Source: Candidatus Bathyarchaeia archaeon
GTDB lineage: Archaea > Thermoproteota > Bathyarchaeia > 40CM-2-53-6
DNA length: 64,000 nucleotides
Assembly: GCA_049513715.1 (NCBI GenBank)
Contig: JBEKVV010000002.1
Coordinates: forward strand, 1-64,000
Direction of reading: 5' to 3'
In this document: piece after piece, positions 59,391 to 64,000 of the stretch
How the letters are laid out: each line of letters starts with the position of its first letter
Numbering within the stretch: position 1 is the first letter of the stretch
The notes under the pieces: model-generated
Seen by the model: only the letters and a program-made list of their open reading frames with translations
Databases searched by the model: none
Told to the model about the DNA's origin: nothing
Position numbers and translations under genes: made by a program

Positions 59391-60398
59391 TTGGAAGGTG
59401 GGCTGCAGCGAACATTGAGCGTGAAGCCTCTAGCATTTGAGACGGGAAAGAAGAGAATCAGGCTGTACTACACATCAGACGTTCATGGCTCAACTACTTG
59501 CTTCAAGAAATTCCTCAACTCCGCCAGAGCTTATGAGGCTGACATAATCATCTTGGGTGGCGATCTCTCAGGCAAACTGATCATCCCCATCTTCAAGGAA
59601 GGCCCTGACAGCTACTCTGCGAAGTTCCAGGAACGTCACGTTACAGTTAGTGGAGAACTACAGCTGAAAGAGCTTCTGGCGAAAATCCGTTTCACCGGCT
59701 CATACTACGTCATCCTCGAAAGAGGAGAGGAATCCAAGTTCGCGGCGGAAAGCGAGCGGGAAAAACTCTTCGCGCAGGTTCTCATGGATGCAATTCGTGA
59801 ATGGGTGCAGCTCGCTGAGGAACGCCTCAAAGACTCAAAAACAATATGCCTCATCATGCCCGGCAACGATGATCCGATGGATATAGATTCAATTCTCAAC
59901 GGAAGCTCGCGAATAGTGAACCCGGATGGCAGATTAATCACTATAGACGGGACCTATGAAATGGCAAGCACCTCTTTCGGGAACATAACGCCTTGGAGTT
60001 GCCCAAGGGACATACAAGAAACTGAGCTTGAAGCTAAGCTGGAAACAGCCTGTGCCGCCATCAAATCTCCACAGACTGCCTTGTTCAACTTCCACGTTCC
60101 GCCCTATGATTCAGGATTAGACTTGGCACCGAAGCTGGATGCGAATTTGAAGATCGTAACCGAAATGGGACAACCCGTGATGATACCGGTCGGAAGCCAC
60201 GCAGTCAGAGAAGTCATAGAGAAATACCAGCCACTGGCTGGGCTTCATGGTCACATTCATGAATCAAAAGGCACAACCACGATCGGCCGAACCTTCTGCG
60301 TTAACCCCGGCAGCGAATACGCCGAAGGGCTCCTACATGGCGCAATCATGGACATTGAGAAAGGCAAACTCCGAAATTACGTGCTAACACAAGGATGA
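59391..60398 (+). CDS. Calcineurin-like metallophosphoesterase
   Basis: SDVHG, GGD, PGNDD, HVPP, HGHIHES, NPGSEY. Confidence 0.92.
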   Translation: MEGGLQRTLSVKPLAFETGKKRIRLYYTSDVHGSTTCFKKFLNSARAYEADIIILGGDLSGKLIIPIFKEGPDSYSAKFQERHVTVSGELQLKELLAKIRFTGSYYVILERGEESKFAAESEREKLFAQVLMDAIREWVQLAEERLKDSKTICLIMPGNDDPMDIDSILNGSSRIVNPDGRLITIDGTYEMASTSFGNITPWSCPRDIQETELEAKLETACAAIKSPQTALFNFHVPPYDSGLDLAPKLDANLKIVTEMGQPVMIPVGSHAVREVIEKYQPLAGLHGHIHESKGTTTIGRTFCVNPGSEYAEGLLHGAIMDIEKGKLRNYVLTQG

Positions 60399-61327
60399 TC
60401 ACAATGAAGTTATTCTACGTAACCGACATTCACGGGGCTGAGATATGCTTCCGGAAATTCTTCGCTGCCATCCGCGAGTACAAAATCGACGTAGCTCTCC
60501 TGCTAGGCGACCTCTCCGGAAAAGTGACAGTTCCAATCCAGAAGAAGGACGAGACATACACGTGCAAAGTTCTAGGCTCGGACCTCGTAGCCCGAAATGC
60601 CACCGAGCTAGCTGACCTGCAAGCGAAAATTGCCAACATAGGGTACTACAGCTACGTAGCCTCCCCACAAGAGGTCGAGGAAGTGTACAAGAATCCTGAG
60701 AAGAACGACGAGCTATTTCAGAAGCTCATTATCGAAAGGCTGCAACGCTGGATGCAAGTCGCAGACGAGAAACTCCGAGGCTCAAAAGTCAAGGTCTACA
60801 TTGGGGCTGGGAACGATGACCCGTTCGCCATTGACCCCGTGCTGGATCGTTCAGACCGGGTTACAAACATGAATGAAAGGTTAATCAATATTGAAGGTTA
60901 CGAAGTCATTACCACAGCCTTCTCAAACCCAACCCCATGGAACACGCCTAGGGAGTGCAGCGAGGGGGAGTTGGGCAAGAAAATCGAAGAACTCGCCAGC
61001 AAGGTCACTAGGATGGAGACGGCAATATTCAACTTCCACGTCCCGCCCTACGGATCACTACTCGACAATGCACCAGAACTGAAAGACCTACAACCAGTCG
61101 CAGGTTCCGTTGTGAACGTGGGTAGTACTGCAGTTGCAGAAGCAATTGAAAAACATCAACCCCTGCTCGGGCTTCATGGTCATATTCATGAATCAAAAGC
61201 AGCACAGAAGATTGGAAGGACCCTGTGCGTTAACCCAGGGAGCGAATACTCAGACGGAATTCTACGCGGCGTAGCCGTCAATCTTGAAAATGGCAGAATC
61301 AAGAACTACATTTTCACATCTGGCTGA
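60395..61327 (+). CDS. Calcineurin-like metallophosphoesterase (tandem paralog)
   Basis: TDIHG, LGD, AGNDD, HVPP, HGHIHES, NPGSEY. Confidence 0.92.
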   Translation: MITMKLFYVTDIHGAEICFRKFFAAIREYKIDVALLLGDLSGKVTVPIQKKDETYTCKVLGSDLVARNATELADLQAKIANIGYYSYVASPQEVEEVYKNPEKNDELFQKLIIERLQRWMQVADEKLRGSKVKVYIGAGNDDPFAIDPVLDRSDRVTNMNERLINIEGYEVITTAFSNPTPWNTPRECSEGELGKKIEELASKVTRMETAIFNFHVPPYGSLLDNAPELKDLQPVAGSVVNVGSTAVAEAIEKHQPLLGLHGHIHESKAAQKIGRTLCVNPGSEYSDGILRGVAVNLENGRIKNYIFTSG

Positions 61328-61354
61328 GCAACATCAAATCACGGTTGAGAACCT

Positions 61355-62116
61355 ATGGAATATCGAGCAGATTTGATGAGTTGGGCGGATTTCCAACGCG
61401 CCGTCAACCAAAACCGTCTGGTAATCCTGCCCATTGGTTCCCTGGAGCAGCACGGCCCACATCTCCCCCTTGGAACTGACACGATCACAGTACGGGGGTT
61501 AGCAGATCGTGTCGCAAAGCGGACGCGCGGAATTGTTGTTCCAGAAATCAGCTACGGGTTCAAACCCCAACCAGGGTCCTCCGCCGGCAACAATTTCCCG
61601 GGAACCTGCAGCCTAGACGGTTCAACCCTTACAATGCTGGTCAGAGACGTAGTTCGCGAACTTGTCCGGCACAAAGTCCGGCGGATTTTGATTCTAGACG
61701 GTCACTATGAGAACGCGCTGTTCATCAACGAAGGTGTAGACTTGGCGCTAAAAGATCTATGCATGCCAAAGCGCGTCAAAGTAGTGATTGCGAGGTGGTT
61801 TGAACTAATTCCTGCTAGTTTCTTCATGAAACACTTCGGGAAAGACTTCGAAGGCATGATGTACGAACACGCGTCCAAGGTTGAGACCTCAGTGATGATG
61901 GCCTTGAACCAAAGGAGCGTTCAGAAAAACCGAATGAAAAATGACAGGCCCATTAGAAGGGAGAACTACACGGTCCTACCCGAAAGCAGCGAATTCATCC
62001 CGAAATCCGGCGTCCTGTCCTCCGTCTTTCCATCCTCAGCGAAAATTGGTGAAGAACTCGTAAATTACGCCGTCAGGGAAATCGTCAAGATTGCCGGGAA
62101 AGAGTTTCCTGAGTAG
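61355..62116 (+). CDS. Creatininase (creatinine amidohydrolase) family protein
   Basis: EQHGPHLPLGTD, FPGTCSLDG, GHYEN, EHA..ETS, SGVLS. Confidence 0.92.
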   Translation: MEYRADLMSWADFQRAVNQNRLVILPIGSLEQHGPHLPLGTDTITVRGLADRVAKRTRGIVVPEISYGFKPQPGSSAGNNFPGTCSLDGSTLTMLVRDVVRELVRHKVRRILILDGHYENALFINEGVDLALKDLCMPKRVKVVIARWFELIPASFFMKHFGKDFEGMMYEHASKVETSVMMALNQRSVQKNRMKNDRPIRRENYTVLPESSEFIPKSGVLSSVFPSSAKIGEELVNYAVREIVKIAGKEFPE

Positions 62117-62127
62117 GTCGCGGAAGC

Positions 62128-63747
62128 CTACTCAGGTGGAAGTTCTTTGAATGCCTGGTTGATGTCGACTCCTCTTCGTTTCTGATACGCAGCGTTGACA
62201 AAGTACCAGATGGCGCATACGAGGAGAATTCCCGCTGTGTACACGATTGGCACTGGTGCATTGTAACCCAGTTCGGGGGCCGTTAAGTAAACTGCGACTA
62301 GAGAGCCGCTGGCGATCGCCGCTAGGACTCCAACTACGGTGATTAGAGGAACAGGGCCTACTTTGTAACGGCTCATCGGTGATGCTTCGAAGGTTTGCCG
62401 GCGCCTCTTCCAGAAGACAATCGCCGCCAGTGAGGTCACAAACACCACCCCTGTGGGGCCTGCTACGGCTCCAACCGCAATGACAGAGTAGAACGGCGGC
62501 CAGAAGTCGAACAGGTAAGCTGCGACTAGGCTGACTGCGAAGCACAGAATTGTCGGTTTTATGGGTGTGTGAGTTCGCGAGCTAACAGAACCCATCCACG
62601 CCGGTAGCATCCTGTCAAGGGACATCGCGATCCAGATTCTTGTGACGATAACGAATTCGCTTGCTGCAATGAAGAACCCGCCAGCAATCAATCCCAAGGA
62701 GACCAGTACAATGAGAACAGGGTTTGTGGTCAGCATTGACACCAAGAGGCTGACAGTGGGGTAGAAGGGCACGACACTGTTGGGCAAGTAGTATGCGTTC
62801 GCAATTCGGTTCAAGAAGTCCCATCCGACTACACTCGTGAATAATGCAATCGGGACGAAGAGCGCAATCCACTGAAGGTAGAGGCCTGCGGCAGAAAATG
62901 ACAGGAACAACCGCTTGAAATCGTTAGCCCGTTTCACCTCTCCTAGAATCCCAGTCGACGCCCACATCGTCCAAGCAATGTAAATGCTAAGAACACTCAT
63001 CAGGAGGAATGTGTTCCGCCAGCTGAACGCTGGGACAACGTAACCGGCAGTAGTTGTTGCTTGAACTATGGCTTCGTACAGGTTCTGGCTTCCCATCAAA
63101 TTGCCCCAATAATTGAACGCACTATGGAAGCTTTGGCTATTCGCGCCAGCCAGGAGATAGATCAAAACTATGTTTGTGATTAGGGTGAAGGGGAACAGAA
63201 TCCACCGCTGGCTTCGAATCCACCACTTCAAAGGCACAACGGTTACAACTAACGAAAGTATACCCGTAATTACGGAAGCAGCAAACTGTCCGGTCGGAAT
63301 CTGGAGCCAGTTCGCCCACCCTATCAATGTGCCATTATTCTGGAGGGTGCCGATTAGGAGGAACACGGGGGCAAGGCCGAGGCTAGCAATTACGTAACCT
63401 CCGAACGCCACGAAGGTAGCAATCCAGATTACCGTGAACCAGCCCAACGGAAAAATCACGCCGATAGCTGGATGCAGGATTCTGCTTTGGTACACGTAGT
63501 CGCCGCCGGCTCTGGGCATTGATGACCCGAGGCCTGCATAGAGTGCATACAGCGGAAGCATAACGAGTAGACAGAGAGCAATCGACCATCCAAGGTCAGC
63601 GCCTGGCAGGTAGTATTGCGCGTAGGGCATGAAGTAGAACAGGAGGTAGAACCCTCCGGAGCCTGCAATGCCCCACCACGCGACATCGAAAAGCGACATC
63701 TCTCTGACAAGGCCGGATGATTTCCGTCGGAAAAGTTCCTGAGTCAT
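62128..63747 (-). CDS. APC-family amino acid/amine permease
   Basis: FRRKSSGLVR, MPRAGGDYVYQSR, GEVK, DRMLP, FKELPPE. Confidence 0.92.
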   Translation of the reverse strand: MTQELFRRKSSGLVREMSLFDVAWWGIAGSGGFYLLFYFMPYAQYYLPGADLGWSIALCLLVMLPLYALYAGLGSSMPRAGGDYVYQSRILHPAIGVIFPLGWFTVIWIATFVAFGGYVIASLGLAPVFLLIGTLQNNGTLIGWANWLQIPTGQFAASVITGILSLVVTVVPLKWWIRSQRWILFPFTLITNIVLIYLLAGANSQSFHSAFNYWGNLMGSQNLYEAIVQATTTAGYVVPAFSWRNTFLLMSVLSIYIAWTMWASTGILGEVKRANDFKRLFLSFSAAGLYLQWIALFVPIALFTSVVGWDFLNRIANAYYLPNSVVPFYPTVSLLVSMLTTNPVLIVLVSLGLIAGGFFIAASEFVIVTRIWIAMSLDRMLPAWMGSVSSRTHTPIKPTILCFAVSLVAAYLFDFWPPFYSVIAVGAVAGPTGVVFVTSLAAIVFWKRRRQTFEASPMSRYKVGPVPLITVVGVLAAIASGSLVAVYLTAPELGYNAPVPIVYTAGILLVCAIWYFVNAAYQKRRGVDINQAFKELPPE

Positions 63748-63793
63748 AACGTCTCAGGTGTTTGTTGGCCTGCTCAATCTGTAAAAGACTTTC

Positions 63794-63905
63794 GGCTCTA
63801 TCTTACGGATTCCGAAATGAGGCTCTATCTTACGGATTCCGAAATGAGGCTCTATCTTACAGATTCCGAAATGAGGCTCTATCTTACGGATTCCGAAATG
63901 AGGCT
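63794..63905. repeat. 27-bp tandem repeat, 4 copies plus 4 nt
   Basis: GGCTCTATCTTACGGATTCCGAAATGA at 63794, 63821, 63848 (one G to A change) and 63875. Confidence 0.95.
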
Positions 63906-64000
63906 GTTGACTGGATAACCCTGCAACCAAGCCACGGCGGAAAGCACTGTCGAGGTTTAGTAAGGCCTACGCGCAATTGCAAAACTGAACTAACTTGGCA

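Noticed and set aside
63794..63905. CRISPR array
   Set aside because: Units are head-to-tail with no unique spacers, and no cas genes are present

Overview
Archaeal chromosomal window, most likely TACK/Bathyarchaeia-like. This is inferred from an HMf-type histone, TBP, SmAP3, archaeosine TGT, S17e and KaiC/RAD55 ATPases. A housekeeping block (about 28.8-41 kb) sits between accessory regions. Main points: (1) A 7.6-kb integrated element (20283-27909) splits a methyltransferase gene at an 8-bp TACAAGAA direct repeat and supplies a replacement start. It encodes a tyrosine integrase, a divergent regulator pair, a replication-type ATPase and small and large terminase, but no ORF is recognisable as, or large enough for, a portal or HK97 capsid, making it a candidate archaeal virus satellite (PICI-like). 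(2) Three identically spaced modules (TTTAGT box, TTG start, 23 codons, tRNA-Ser 3' end) at 50.9, 54.9 and 56.7 kb look like SSV-type int(N)/att scars. They delimit cassettes of TA and TPR signalling genes. (3) A second family of tRNA-Leu-3'-like repeats, including a perfect 19-bp inverted pair, brackets a KaiC/DoxX/VOC cassette at 6.1-8.8 kb. (4) Two loci pair calcineurin-like metallophosphoesterases with APC permeases. One also carries an uncharacterised nucleotidyltransferase and a nearby peroxiredoxin-nucleotidyltransferase fusion. Several pseudogene fragments, a frameshift, probable CTG starts and a 27-bp tandem repeat are also visible. No complete tRNA, rRNA or CRISPR array was found. 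All product calls come from motif recognition by eye, not database searches.
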